A stretch of 64,000 nucleotides of DNA, from positions 1 to 64,000 of the forward strand of contig CAVOVB010000001.1 of assembly GCA_963699755.1 (NCBI GenBank). Reading direction: 5' to 3'. Origin of the DNA: an uncultured delta proteobacterium (GTDB taxonomy: Bacteria > Myxococcota_A > Polyangia > Polyangiales > Houyiibacteriaceae). Numbering within the stretch: position 1 is the stretch's first letter; each line of letters starts with the position of its first letter. A program made the translations under genes and the position numbers. The notes beneath the pieces are model-generated. The model saw only the letters and a list, made by a program, of their open reading frames with translations. It did no database searches and was not told where the DNA came from. Shown piece by piece: positions 8,468 through 19,063 of this stretch.

Positions 8468-11400
8468 TCACCCCATCTCCGGCCAGAGGTAGATGAGCCC
8501 AACTGGTTCAAACCTTCGGAGCTTCACTTCGTAAAGCAACTCGAGCTGCTCAGGCTCGCGTTCGAGCTCACGCTCGAGCTCCATGCGGCGACGCTCTAGG
8601 TGTTTGCGGTCTTGCTCCTGCTGGCGCGCTTGAAGTCGATCGCTTTCGCTCTCGCCGAACTCGAGATTGAGCTGAGTGCCACCAAGTGCCTTCTCAATCG
8701 CATCGCGCTGGCCTTGGATAATCTTCCGAAGGGCGTTGGCCTCCTCGGTGCCCCTCGCCTTGAGCTTTTGCTCCGCATCGACGGCCTGGGCGTCCGCCTC
8801 GGAGCGAAGCACCGGCCAGAGGGTTTCCATCACATGAGAGGCTTCGTTGCGGAGCTCGTCGAGAAGCGATTCGGAGAAAGCATCCAGCGCGGGTCGCTCC
8901 TTGAATGCGCGCTCCAGCATTCCGATGAGGTCCCGAGCTTCTTCACCGTCGAGCGCAACGACCTTCTGGGCGCCACCGCCACGATCATAGTGCGCGGCCG
9001 CGTAAAGCAGCGTGTCGTGGAGCCGGCCTGCACCCGAGCCAAAGAGGCAGAGACGACCCACGGCAAGGGCGGAGGCTTGGGCCGTTTCCGAGACGGGCAA
9101 GACGGTTACCCGCGACAAGTCGTGTTGGCCGTAACCCTGCGCCAAGAACCTCGAGAGCACGCGCTTCACAAAGGGATGCTCGAGGTGGAGGTGCACCTGG
9201 GTGGAAGTGAGGACCTTGGGAGGATGGAAGACGACAGGGCGCGGCGGCTTCTTGCGCCAATCGTAGAACTCTTCGTTCCGCTCGCGTGGAGGCCGGAGTT
9301 TGTCGATGGTGCGTTGCCAGTCGATCGGCAGCTCCGGAAGCCTATACGCAACGTTGTCGGTTCCTGAACCTTGGCCGATTCGTTCGAGCGGCCCGGCACC
9401 GCCGAGCTCCAGGCCCACGTCGATGGCATCGCGGAGGTGCTCAGGGTGGAAGTTCATGAGCTTTCGCGAAGCGTCGAAGATACGTCCGGCTCGATCGATC
9501 TCGCGCTTGAGGCGATCGCGTTCGCGGGTGGCTTCGAGCTCTCGCTTGGTCGTCTCGAGCTTCTCGTCGCCATCGCTTTCGATGACAAAGTCGAGCTGGG
9601 CGTCTGTTTCGGCTGTGATGCCTTTTTCGAGAGTCTTTTCGACCTTTTCGAGCACGACCGTGCCCAAGGAACCAAGCTCTTGCTGAATGATTTCTGTCTT
9701 CTCCACGACCTTGTCGAGCACGCGGTCCTCACCACGCTGCTGGTAGACGAAGTAGTGACAGCGGACGACGGGCTCGGGCTGAAGCGCGCGGTCGATGCGG
9801 CCGTTTCGCTGCTCCATTCGCGATGGGTTCCAGGGGATGTCGAAGTGGAACAGGTCTGCGCAGTGGCCTTGGAGGTTCAGGCCCTCGCGCGCGGCGTCGG
9901 TCGCGAGAAGGATGCGAACGGGATGCTCACCCGGCGGAGCATTGAAGGCGTATTGCACCTCTTCGCGAGCTTCGTCGTTCATGCCCCCGTAAATCTCGAG
10001 AATGCGTTCTTCGCCGCGATCGGTGTCGGCGACGGCTGAGCAAAGAAGGTCGCGCAAGTAGCGGCGCGTGTCGCCGTACTCTGTGAAGATGAGGACGCGG
10101 CGGTCGGTCCAGGCGCGGTCGGCCTTGGCGGGTGTGTCGGTGAGAGAAATGCCGGGACACTGGTGTTCTCGCATCCAGGCGATGAGAGCGTTGACTTTGG
10201 CATCCGGCTCGCGTCGGTGAAGGCGGCCGAGGGTCTGCATTTCATCGAGGATGGCTTTGGCACGCTCTTCAGGGGCTTCGAGGGCTTCGGAGTCTGCGAC
10301 GAGCTTGGCATCTTCGGCCTGCTCTGAAGATTCCTCATCGATACCTTGCTCAACTTCTGCGTCTGCCACCTCTTCGTCGACCGCCAGATACAAGGGATGC
10401 TTTCTCGCATGACCCATCGCCTTGGCATGCAGCTGAAGCGTTCGATGAAACGCCTCGACGCTGCTGAGAAGCCGCTTCTGCAGGTTGATGAAAGTCAGAC
10501 GGCGACGCTTCTTGGTGTGCCCGGTCATGAGAGCGGTGTATTCGGCGAGCAACTCGGAGAGCCGAAGCTCGAAGGGCTCGCTGTCGCCCAGCGATCTGCG
10601 CTGTGATTCACCGAACGCGGCGTCCCAGGCTTTGCCGTCGTGGTGCAAGGCGATACGGACGACCTCTCGATCGGGAAAGGGGACGCGCGTTGTGCTGATG
10701 TCCTTGAGGTCCTTCTTGAGCCGGCGAACCATGACTGGATGGAGGGCCTCGGGACCTGAAACGGGAACGCCGCGCGTGAATCGTTGCGGGTCGAGGATCT
10801 CGAGAAGCGCCGAAAAGCTATTCGAGTGACCATTGTGCGGGGTGGCGCTGAGGAAGAGGCGGTTTTCAAAACGTGGCGCGATGTCGCGCGCGACGCGCGT
10901 GATCTGGGAGTCGACGGCGTACTGGCTGGCGCTCGCGGGCGCGACCGTGTGCGCTTCGTCCATGATGAGGAGGCTCTTCTTCACGCGTTCGCCAAGGTGT
11001 TGGAGAAGCGGGTCGCGGTACTCCGGGCGGCGGATGAGCGGGTACGAGATGATGAAGCGGTTGTGGGTGGTCCATGGGTTCACGCCAAAGCCGCGCTCGC
11101 GCCTTCGGGCAAGAACGAAATCGCGCGAGTAGATCTCGAAGGGAAGACCGAAGCGCTGTTCCATTTCATCGCGCCACTGAAGCGTCAATGACGCGGGGCA
11201 AAGGATGAGGGCGAAATCGACCTGTTGGCGCAGGAGAAGCTCCTGGAGCACCAGGCCCGCTTCGATGGTCTTTCCGAGGCCCACGTCGTCGGCGATGAAG
11301 AGGTTGGCGCGAGGGAGAGAGAGGGCTTTTTGCAGCGGGGTGAGCTGATAGGTCTGGATCTGAATGCCGGCGCGAAACGGCGATTGAAAGCGGCCTTTCT

Positions 11401-12004
11401 CGGTGGCGGTGACGCCCTGCCACTGAAGCGCGTGATAATAGGCCGCGAAGTGCCGGGGATTGTCTATTTGGTCGGCTTTGCGAAGGAGGTCCGCCTCGGG
11501 GCGAATCACCTCGGCTCCGAGCTCTAACTCCCAGAGGAGCTCGGTGACCGCGCCACGGTTGTCGTCATCGAGGCAGGTGAGGCGAAGGCGCGTGGCGTGG
11601 CCCTCTTCGGGCGGCGGCCAGACTTCGTCGACCAGCCATTGGCGATGGCGCGCGCGGACGGTGTCGCCGACTTTTGGATTGAAGCGGTCGGGGACGTGGG
11701 TGGTGAAGAGCGGGGCTGGCGGAATCGTCCCAGCATCGCCGTGTGCGTCGAGGAGGCGCTGCATGAGCTCCTGGCGAGCGCGGCCTGAGTCGTCGAGCTC
11801 GTGGGCTCGGCAGGCGGTGCGGAGCTCGTCGCGTTTCATTTGAGCGAGGAGGTCGCGGAAGGGGAGGCGATGGGACTCGGTGAGGCGCGCGGCGTAGTCT
11901 TTCTTGGTGCCGCTTCGGAGGGCGACGCCGACGCGTCGCCCAAGGTCGCGCATGCGATCTTTGGTCAAGGCTAGGAGAACGGTGTCGAGGGTGGCTTGCG
12001 GCAT
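8468..12004 (-). CDS. drmD: DISARM SNF2-like helicase
   Basis: FQSPFRAGI, ADDVGLGKT, DEAH, SATPHNG, TDAAREGLNLQ, PWNPSRMEQRNGRIDR; C-terminal EPVGLIYLWP. Confidence 0.9.
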   Translation of the reverse strand: MPQATLDTVLLALTKDRMRDLGRRVGVALRSGTKKDYAARLTESHRLPFRDLLAQMKRDELRTACRAHELDDSGRARQELMQRLLDAHGDAGTIPPAPLFTTHVPDRFNPKVGDTVRARHRQWLVDEVWPPPEEGHATRLRLTCLDDDNRGAVTELLWELELGAEVIRPEADLLRKADQIDNPRHFAAYYHALQWQGVTATEKGRFQSPFRAGIQIQTYQLTPLQKALSLPRANLFIADDVGLGKTIEAGLVLQELLLRQQVDFALILCPASLTLQWRDEMEQRFGLPFEIYSRDFVLARRRERGFGVNPWTTHNRFIISYPLIRRPEYRDPLLQHLGERVKKSLLIMDEAHTVAPASASQYAVDSQITRVARDIAPRFENRLFLSATPHNGHSNSFSALLEILDPQRFTRGVPVSGPEALHPVMVRRLKKDLKDISTTRVPFPDREVVRIALHHDGKAWDAAFGESQRRSLGDSEPFELRLSELLAEYTALMTGHTKKRRRLTFINLQKRLLSSVEAFHRTLQLHAKAMGHARKHPLYLAVDEEVADAEVEQGIDEESSEQAEDAKLVADSEALEAPEERAKAILDEMQTLGRLHRREPDAKVNALIAWMREHQCPGISLTDTPAKADRAWTDRRVLIFTEYGDTRRYLRDLLCSAVADTDRGEERILEIYGGMNDEAREEVQYAFNAPPGEHPVRILLATDAAREGLNLQGHCADLFHFDIPWNPSRMEQRNGRIDRALQPEPVVRCHYFVYQQRGEDRVLDKVVEKTEIIQQELGSLGTVVLEKVEKTLEKGITAETDAQLDFVIESDGDEKLETTKRELEATRERDRLKREIDRAGRIFDASRKLMNFHPEHLRDAIDVGLELGGAGPLERIGQGSGTDNVAYRLPELPIDWQRTIDKLRPPRERNEEFYDWRKKPPRPVVFHPPKVLTSTQVHLHLEHPFVKRVLSRFLAQGYGQHDLSRVTVLPVSETAQASALAVGRLCLFGSGAGRLHDTLLYAAAHYDRGGGAQKVVALDGEEARDLIGMLERAFKERPALDAFSESLLDELRNEASHVMETLWPVLRSEADAQAVDAEQKLKARGTEEANALRKIIQGQRDAIEKALGGTQLNLEFGESESDRLQARQQEQDRKHLERRRMELERELEREPEQLELLYEVKLRRFEPVGLIYLWPEMG

Positions 12005-12019
12005 GCTGGCGTGCTGGAT

Positions 12020-12775
12020 TCAGGCTTGGTCGTCGTAGCTAACGATGTGGCCACCGTCGATCAGGGACTGGAACTGCGTCACTAAGGCTTTGGCAAAGCT
12101 GGGCTCGCGGAGCAGTGCCCCGGCTTCGATGTTTCGGGTTTGGCCGCGATTGGTGAAATTCGCGGAGCCGATCAGGACTCGAGCTTCGTCGACCACCAGG
12201 GCCTTGGCGTGCATGCTGGCGTAGACGTGCGGGTCGAGCGTGCGCGGGTCGTAGTAAAATTTGGGTATCGGTGCGCCGAATGGCCAGTTCTCGCGGACGA
12301 ACTCGTTGATTCGGTAGCGTGCCTCGGCGTGGATGTCGGCGGTGTGCTTTACGTTGCCTTCGAGGTTTAGGAGGAAGCGAGCTTTGACGCCGTGCTCCTG
12401 CATGACCTGGTGGAGGGGCGCGAAGAGGTCGGCGCCGTGGTCGACGGCGTAGCCGGCCATCCAAACCGACTTGCGCGCGGAGCGGAGGAGATCGCGGAAG
12501 ACGACTTCGGTGCTTCGGGCGCTTCCCTTGCTGCCTTCGGGGCCGGTCCAGACGAGCTCGGCGGCTGGGGTGCGGACTGCGCGTTCGGAGAGGATGGCTC
12601 GGCAGAGGAGGAGAAGGGTTTCGCGGTCGAATGCGCTTAGCTCGACTGCGTGCTGGGCGAGCCTTTGGAGGCCTCGGCTCAAGAGCGCGGGCGCTGTGAG
12701 GGGCACGCTGAGGTCGCCGCATTCCACTTCGGCGGCGAGAAGCTTGAGATCTTCTGTGTTGACGTCAGAAAACAC
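12020..12775 (-). CDS. drmC: DISARM phospholipase D-family nuclease
   Basis: ELVWTGP and MHAKALVVD...GSANFT..G..RNIEAG (HKD motif). GTG at 12775 with upstream GAGG overlaps the end of drmB; the longer ORF extension overlaps drmB. Confidence 0.85.
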   Translation of the reverse strand: MFSDVNTEDLKLLAAEVECGDLSVPLTAPALLSRGLQRLAQHAVELSAFDRETLLLLCRAILSERAVRTPAAELVWTGPEGSKGSARSTEVVFRDLLRSARKSVWMAGYAVDHGADLFAPLHQVMQEHGVKARFLLNLEGNVKHTADIHAEARYRINEFVRENWPFGAPIPKFYYDPRTLDPHVYASMHAKALVVDEARVLIGSANFTNRGQTRNIEAGALLREPSFAKALVTQFQSLIDGGHIVSYDDQA

Positions 12776-14648
12776 CGGAGGCCTCGAAGAATGCAAGGTC
12801 AGGATCTTCGCCGATGACCGGAACGACGAGGGCGCGGTCGAGATAGCGATTGAAGCGCTCGCAGGACGGCTCGGACACGAAGAGGCACCCGTGACACGCC
12901 GCACCCTCGAGCCAGCGCTCGCTTGGGTCGTTCTTTGGTGTGTGGGAGCCGCAGACGGGATCGTTGGAGCAGAGGCTCGCCATCTCGAGTGCGAACTTGA
13001 CGTGGTGCTCGAGGCGACGGCCTTGATCGACCAAGCCTCCGAGGGTGCCCTCGGAACCTGGCGTGCCGGTATAAAGGAGGATGCCCGACATTTCCGTGGT
13101 GTCGTCGCCATAGGGGCCGCAATAGATGCGTTCGCGGATGGAGCTCGCGGCATAGCCGCACTCGAGCGAGATGGCGCTCATCAGCAGGTGCGAGAGCGAA
13201 TGCAGCAGGTAGAAACGGGCCCCTAGGAATGGAGGCACCTTGAGCTTGCCGTCCCCGCGGGTGTGGGCGTTGCGCTCATACCATTGTTGAAAGCCTTGGC
13301 TGAGGGTCTTGGCGCGCTCGATGACCGCTTTGCGATTGCCCCATTCCGCGATGGCGTTCGGGTCGAGCTGCAAGAAGACGCCCTCGCCCTGAATCGTGGC
13401 CGCGGGGAGCCATCCTCGGCCCGAGCTGAGCGGAGCTCGGCGCACGTTGATGTCGTACTCGCCCTGGTTGTCCTGGCTGGCAGGCTCTAGGCGGGTGAAG
13501 CCGTATTGGACTCGGACCTCGCGCAGGCGATGCGCGAGGATCACTTTGCTCACCTTGCCTTGGAGGGAAGCCGGGACTTCGATGCGACGTGCGACGAACT
13601 GCTCGTCTTCGCCAAAGTCTTCGCCGGTGAGCTCGTCGGGGGCGTCGGTGAGCTGTTGGTATTCGGCGGTGCGGGTGGGGAGGCGCGCCGGCGCCTTGCC
13701 GTCCCAATGCTGTTGAAGGGCCTCTGCCACAGCGTCTGCGCCGTACTTCTCGACGACGGGTTGGTAGGCCTCCCCCTGCTCCAACACGATGCGAAGGGCA
13801 TCATTCGGAATCCCCTTGAGCGAAGCCTCGAAGCGTCGCGCTTCGTCAAACAACTCATTGCCAGGGTCAGGCACCGAGAGGGCGGAAATGACCATGGGGA
13901 AATAGCCGTTGCTGGCAGTTCGGACGAGAAGCCGGAGGTTCTCTTTGCATTCTTCCCATTCGCGGGCTCTTGGGAGCCACGGTCGGGCGCCGTCGCATGA
14001 AAGCTTGAAGTCCTTCGCGAGGGCCGAGGAGAGCGGCATTCTCTCGTTACAGGACGCGCAGATCACTTTGATCTCAAAGAAGTCGCCGGTACGGCCTTCG
14101 TCCAAGTAGAGCTCGGGTGCTAGGCATCGTTCGCCTCCGTAGTGCACGAAGTCGACCCAAGGGAAGTCTTGGAGGTGACCGTTGGCGCAGGCGCCCACGA
14201 AGCGCACGGGCACGGTCACCGACTTCTTGTCGCGCTCGCACTCGTGATAACGACGACCGTCGCGGCGAGTGGAATCGCTCAGGTCGCGGCGATGCACGAG
14301 GCGGCGGCAGCCTTGGCATACGAACCAGGCTGGGAACTCGAGCACGCGAATGCCTTGATGGAGGCTTGGGTCGCGATCGTCGCCGTCGGGCGGGCGGCGG
14401 AAGTAGTCCTGGCCGGCGAGGTCGAGCTTGTAGAGCTCGGCGAGGCGGTCGCGAAGACGAGGTTCATCAATGGAGCTGAATCCAATTGATGCATCCCATG
14501 AGTCGAGGCCGCAGACGACGACGGCATGCTGGACCAGGTCGATCATGGAACCTGCTCCGTAAGGACCGACCAACTGCGATTGGCGGACGTGGCCGTCGGG
14601 CCGTCGCTCGGACTTCCCGGTCTTTCTGGATCGACCGAACCGGGCCAT
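12765..14648 (-). CDS. drmB: DISARM DUF1998-domain protein
   Basis: VRQSQLVGPYGAG, CANGHLQDFPW, LLHSLSHLL...GY..SSIRERIY, GTLGGL, CSNDPVC...AACHGC..SE.SCERFN..LDR. Confidence 0.9.
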   Translation of the reverse strand: MARFGRSRKTGKSERRPDGHVRQSQLVGPYGAGSMIDLVQHAVVVCGLDSWDASIGFSSIDEPRLRDRLAELYKLDLAGQDYFRRPPDGDDRDPSLHQGIRVLEFPAWFVCQGCRRLVHRRDLSDSTRRDGRRYHECERDKKSVTVPVRFVGACANGHLQDFPWVDFVHYGGERCLAPELYLDEGRTGDFFEIKVICASCNERMPLSSALAKDFKLSCDGARPWLPRAREWEECKENLRLLVRTASNGYFPMVISALSVPDPGNELFDEARRFEASLKGIPNDALRIVLEQGEAYQPVVEKYGADAVAEALQQHWDGKAPARLPTRTAEYQQLTDAPDELTGEDFGEDEQFVARRIEVPASLQGKVSKVILAHRLREVRVQYGFTRLEPASQDNQGEYDINVRRAPLSSGRGWLPAATIQGEGVFLQLDPNAIAEWGNRKAVIERAKTLSQGFQQWYERNAHTRGDGKLKVPPFLGARFYLLHSLSHLLMSAISLECGYAASSIRERIYCGPYGDDTTEMSGILLYTGTPGSEGTLGGLVDQGRRLEHHVKFALEMASLCSNDPVCGSHTPKNDPSERWLEGAACHGCLFVSEPSCERFNRYLDRALVVPVIGEDPDLAFFEASGVF

Positions 14649-17600
14649 CAGTCCTGCCCCCTCTTCGACACTCCGGGTTGGGTCATCCAGAGGTGCACGC
14701 TTGGTTCAACGTCTCGCATCGAGGTGGGCGCGCAGAACTTCTCTTCTCCCGACTCGGGATCCTCAGGCGGCTTGAGCGCGGTGTGCAAGAGCGGCGTTCC
14801 GGGTTTGGAAATGTCGTAGGGCGAGTAGGAGCGCTCGGTGGCCCGGTCCCGCGCGGTACGGACCAGACGCTCCCAAATGTCGAGACGATTTTCTGCCCAA
14901 GAGCGGGCGCGGCGCGCGCTTTCTTCGCTCGTGGTCTTGGCGCCGGGCTGCCGCGAGGCGCGATCGACGAAGTGGGTGACGAGCTCATCAACCTGCGGGC
15001 GCAGTTCGGAGATACGGCCGGCGTCTTCAGGGCGTGTGAGTTCCATGAGGTTGAGGCGGGCCAGTGAAAGGAGCGCGCCGGTCAAACCGCGTTCGAGGGC
15101 GCGGCTTGCAAACGGCGTGACGCTTTGCGCCTCGACAAAGCGGTAGAAGCTCTCGTGGTACGCGACGAAATGCTCGTAGTGGGAGCGGTCGCGTGGGCGC
15201 ACCATGTTGAAGCAATTGATGACGAGGCCCGGCCGCTCGCGCTCTCGACCCACACGGCTGGTCGCCTGAATGTACTCGCTGGTGGTCTTCGGTTGGCCGG
15301 CAACGACCATGAGCCCGAGGCGACCGATGTCGACGCCGACCGAGATCATGTTCGATGCGAGAAGGACATCGGTGTTCTCGTCGCCTGTGTAGGGACGCGC
15401 GAGGCGGGCTTTGGTTTCGGTGATGCGGCCGGTGGGTTCGCGGCTCGTGAGCTCGAGAGGTTCGGACACGGTTCGATCGGTGAACCAGTTGGGAGGATTT
15501 GCGATCTCCGCCGGAAGGCGTTCGGCGCGGCGGCTGCATTGGTAGCGGACATCGTCTTCCACGAGGCGCCGCATTCCGCCTAGCTCCCGAAGCGAGTTGA
15601 AGTAGCCGACGAGCGTCATGTAGGCGTCGGTCAGGTGCTGGTCGACTTCCTTGTCACGATAGGCCTTTTCGGCGGCGGAAAGGACCGCGACGTAGGTTCG
15701 AAGGAGAATCCTCTTTAGCGGATGCCCAGGGGCCGCGACGCCGACATACAGGCGGCCTGGGTCTTTGTCGTTGACCACCGAGAAGTAGGTCTCGAGGGCG
15801 TCGATGCCGGGAGGAGGAAAGGTGGCGGTGTCTTTTCGGCCGTAGAGCGCGCGGATCTGATCGGCGGCGTGGTGGGCCGTGGCTGTTGAGGCGATGATCT
15901 TGGGTTTTATGAGCTCGCCGTCGATGGCTCGGGTGCAGAGGGCTTCGATGGCGACCTCGTAGAGGCCAACCATCGTCCCGAGGGGGCCCGTGATGAGGTG
16001 AAGCTCGTCCTGCACGATGAGCTCGGGCGGCAGCAGGCCGTCGGGAAGCTGCGTTGCGCCTCGTGGCTGTTTGTCGAGTGGGCCGAAGAAGCGGCCGTCC
16101 TGTTCCGCTGTGGCGCGACCGAAGAGCATGCCGGCCTCGCCACGCCACGGCATCATCGCGAACTTATCGACGGTCGCGATTAGGAAGCACGGGAGCTCGT
16201 GGTAGACCTGCTCATCGACGAAGGCGAGCGGAAGGCCTTCGGGGTGCGGGTTGGAGAAGTCACAGTTGCCCGCGTTCATGCAGCGGACAACGACGCGCTC
16301 CGCTTTCTTTTTGGAGGGACGAAGCTCGATGCCGCTTTTCTCGAGTTTGGTTTGGCACCAGGGGCATGTTTCGAGCGGAACAGGTGAAGTGTCGCGAATG
16401 CCGGCTTGGTAGTCGTCAAGCTCGACCGCGATCTGCTTCATGGTGTTGGCGGCCGCGCTCTTTCCGACCCAGAGGCCTATCGCGAAGCGATGCTCGCCAA
16501 GGAGTTCGGGGCTCTGACGTCTGAGCACTTCGAGGGCGCAGATGAGGGCCGTCGCGCGCTCGAGCTGGTCGAGTGTGAGGAGGCGCAGCGTGTATCGAAG
16601 AATGACCGCGACGCCGAGACCCTTGTGGGGCTCTGATTGGCCGCGCATGCGGCGGAGAGCGAGCGTGAATGCGATGAGGCCGAGGTACGCCTCGGTTTTG
16701 CCGCCGCCCGTGGGGAAAAAGATCAGCTCGGTCGTTTCGCGGTCCTTGTGCTTTGGGTCGGCCGTTGCGGGGAGGTTGAGCAGCAGGAAGGCCAGCTGGA
16801 AAAGGCGCCAGCGAGGCTCTCCACGCTCGGGGGTTCGCTTGCGCGAGGCCAGGGCCATTGCCTCGTTGGCGATGCGGAAGGCTTGCAGCGCCTCGGCGTC
16901 CTGCTCGAGCAGCGCGATGCCCGCTTCGATTCGACGGCAGGCGAGCTCGGCCTGGTTCATGAGGTGGTTTCTGGTTTCGGTGCGGTCTTTTGAACCGACC
17001 TCCTGGGAACGGATCTTCGCGATCCATTCGCGGTAAGCTTCGGGCAAGCGCCCGAGGGCTGCTCGGATGTTGGAGCCTCCGTCGAGGTGCGCGACTTGCT
17101 CCATGCCGACCTCGACGCCCTCGAGTGGACGGGCGTCGACGAGGCTCACTTCGGTTTCGGGAAGCCAACGAGTGCGGACGGCGTGGACCTGTTTGTCCTT
17201 GTCCAGAACGGGTTCGACGCCAACGTTGTGTCCGACTGCGTATTCAACGCGTTTGCGATACTGAAGCTCTGAGATTCGAGCGTCGAGGTCGGTGAGTGAC
17301 CGCTCTCCTCGGCGGTTGGGACGTGGGACGAGTGGCTTCGGAGAGCGCAGCTCCATCTGGACTTGGAAGAAGGTGTATTCGTCTCGGTGATCGTCGTCGG
17401 CGAGTGCTTGCTGGTTCACCAAGAAGAGCGAGAGAGCTCGTGTGCCCGAGTCGATGCCAACCCGGTCGCCGTCGGTGATCGTCTCGAGTCGGCCGATGAG
17501 CTTTGCGCCGATGGTGTTGGGGACTGCAATGCCCTTCGCAATCGTCTTGGAGTCGAGCGGGACTTGGACGACCTCGGGGCCATATGGAACGCGGCGCCAA

Positions 17601-18037
17601 TGAACGCGGCCGGGGCCTTTCTCGCCTTCGTCTTTGATTCGTTCGCGCTCGTAGCGCGCGAATGAGATCGTGACATCGACGGCGTCGATCTCGCCGGCCG
17701 GCGGGAGCAGCACCGAGAACCCCATGGACGCGGGGAATGTCTTTCGTTGCTTGGGCTCTTGCTCCTCGGTGCCGGCCTCATCGGCGGGCACGTCATCGCC
17801 GACCCCGAGCTCGTCGTCGTCATCGGCGCTTTCCTGATTGCCCTCGGGGACGAGAAAACCCGTTAGATACCAGGTGCTTGGGCGGCGTCGGAGGAGCTCG
17901 CGGGAGCCGAGGTGGGCCTTCGCGCCTTCGAACGGGCCGACGAGGTCCGCGTAGAGCGCTGAGACTATGTGATCCCTGACTTGGGTTCGTTCACCGCTCA
18001 CGGGGGCGGAGTGTACGGGATTTGGGATGGGAGCCAA
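14648..18037 (-). CDS. drmA: DISARM helicase
   Basis: WRLFQLAF, FPTGGGKTEAY, RYTLRLLTLDQ, QDELHLI.GPLG, ASNMISVGVDI.RLGLM, SEYIQATSRVGR, RDRSHYE; abuts drmB. Confidence 0.9.
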   Translation of the reverse strand: MAPIPNPVHSAPVSGERTQVRDHIVSALYADLVGPFEGAKAHLGSRELLRRRPSTWYLTGFLVPEGNQESADDDDELGVGDDVPADEAGTEEQEPKQRKTFPASMGFSVLLPPAGEIDAVDVTISFARYERERIKDEGEKGPGRVHWRRVPYGPEVVQVPLDSKTIAKGIAVPNTIGAKLIGRLETITDGDRVGIDSGTRALSLFLVNQQALADDDHRDEYTFFQVQMELRSPKPLVPRPNRRGERSLTDLDARISELQYRKRVEYAVGHNVGVEPVLDKDKQVHAVRTRWLPETEVSLVDARPLEGVEVGMEQVAHLDGGSNIRAALGRLPEAYREWIAKIRSQEVGSKDRTETRNHLMNQAELACRRIEAGIALLEQDAEALQAFRIANEAMALASRKRTPERGEPRWRLFQLAFLLLNLPATADPKHKDRETTELIFFPTGGGKTEAYLGLIAFTLALRRMRGQSEPHKGLGVAVILRYTLRLLTLDQLERATALICALEVLRRQSPELLGEHRFAIGLWVGKSAAANTMKQIAVELDDYQAGIRDTSPVPLETCPWCQTKLEKSGIELRPSKKKAERVVVRCMNAGNCDFSNPHPEGLPLAFVDEQVYHELPCFLIATVDKFAMMPWRGEAGMLFGRATAEQDGRFFGPLDKQPRGATQLPDGLLPPELIVQDELHLITGPLGTMVGLYEVAIEALCTRAIDGELIKPKIIASTATAHHAADQIRALYGRKDTATFPPPGIDALETYFSVVNDKDPGRLYVGVAAPGHPLKRILLRTYVAVLSAAEKAYRDKEVDQHLTDAYMTLVGYFNSLRELGGMRRLVEDDVRYQCSRRAERLPAEIANPPNWFTDRTVSEPLELTSREPTGRITETKARLARPYTGDENTDVLLASNMISVGVDIGRLGLMVVAGQPKTTSEYIQATSRVGRERERPGLVINCFNMVRPRDRSHYEHFVAYHESFYRFVEAQSVTPFASRALERGLTGALLSLARLNLMELTRPEDAGRISELRPQVDELVTHFVDRASRQPGAKTTSEESARRARSWAENRLDIWERLVRTARDRATERSYSPYDISKPGTPLLHTALKPPEDPESGEEKFCAPTSMRDVEPSVHLWMTQPGVSKRGQD

Positions 18038-18061
18038 AGGGTGATTCGGGCAGGTCTTTCG

Positions 18062-18982
18062 CTATCCGCGAAACACGGAGGTGCGATGCCAGTCAAGCGC
18101 GGATTTGCTCGGCAGCAGCGGAGTGTCATCGGGCGTGGTTAGTCGCTTGCCATTGAACCCATAGTATGAACGTCCATTTTCGAAGTCCTGGCGTAGGCGG
18201 CGGCCAACGACGAACCGCAGGTCCTTGTCGACGGTGACGTATCCGCGATCGAAGAGCCGATGAAGGTCCGCGCGAAGTAGCAGCCCATTTCGGACCTCGT
18301 GCTTGCCTCCGCGGGCGTACGGAACGATGTGGGCAGCGTCGAGGACGGGGATAGAGTGCTCCCCGGTTACTGCACACGCACGGTCGTAGGCGTCGAGAAC
18401 TCGGATCTTGAAAATGCCTTGCCCGAGACGCGGCACAATGGTCGTCGGCTTCCCGTATCGTGCTTCCTCTTCCCCTGCGAGCGTGGTGCCGGTCGTCTGT
18501 CCGGCAACTCGCGCGAGGCATTCCGTCCAAACCCTCAAGCCCTCCCCCGTCGACAGGTCATAGCTAGCGCCGGTCTGGATCGTGCGCTTCCAATCACTGG
18601 GAGCGGCCACCCAGTGCTCGGGATCGAAAAAGACCGCCTCGGCGATCAAGCAGCACCCAATGCGGCCGCCCGGATCGCCTGCAATCCGAGCATCTTTTCG
18701 AATCCGCGAGAGCCGGCGCTGGAGCTCTGCGAACGAAGCGACTCCGTTCGCTTGCTCAAAAGTCTCCCACGCGAGCCAGTCCGGGAGAACGGAAAACCCA
18801 GCAAAGTAGCCGAAGCCCGCGATAGCGTGATGGGGAGCTTTGAGCTTAAATAGGAATGGGGTCCCGATGTCGAGGCGAACCGGGCGCGCCGAAGGGCGCC
18901 AGAAATTCGCATCCTGCGGGCCTGGACGGGCGCGGAGGTGCTCGTACCATCCGCTGTCAGTGACAGCGATATATCCTTTCAT
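18062..18982 (-). CDS. HNH endonuclease with N-terminal PUA-like domain (putative modification-dependent restriction enzyme)
   Basis: PRLGQGIF..RVLDAY..CAVTG...LDAAHI.P...GG.H...NGLLLRADLH.LFD.G; N-terminus VTD..W....NFW.P. Confidence 0.85.
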   Translation of the reverse strand: MKGYIAVTDSGWYEHLRARPGPQDANFWRPSARPVRLDIGTPFLFKLKAPHHAIAGFGYFAGFSVLPDWLAWETFEQANGVASFAELQRRLSRIRKDARIAGDPGGRIGCCLIAEAVFFDPEHWVAAPSDWKRTIQTGASYDLSTGEGLRVWTECLARVAGQTTGTTLAGEEEARYGKPTTIVPRLGQGIFKIRVLDAYDRACAVTGEHSIPVLDAAHIVPYARGGKHEVRNGLLLRADLHRLFDRGYVTVDKDLRFVVGRRLRQDFENGRSYYGFNGKRLTTPDDTPLLPSKSALDWHRTSVFRG

Positions 18983-19063
18983 GCAGCGGCGAGACTAACA
19001 CCAAAACACTCTGTAGAAGGCCCGCCAATGCGGCGCGCACTTCCATGCCACTCTAAAGACCTC

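Noticed and set aside
12776..13153. N-terminal extension of the drmC ORF
   Set aside because: Overlaps drmB; a GTG with RBS at 12775 gives a normal-sized DrmC
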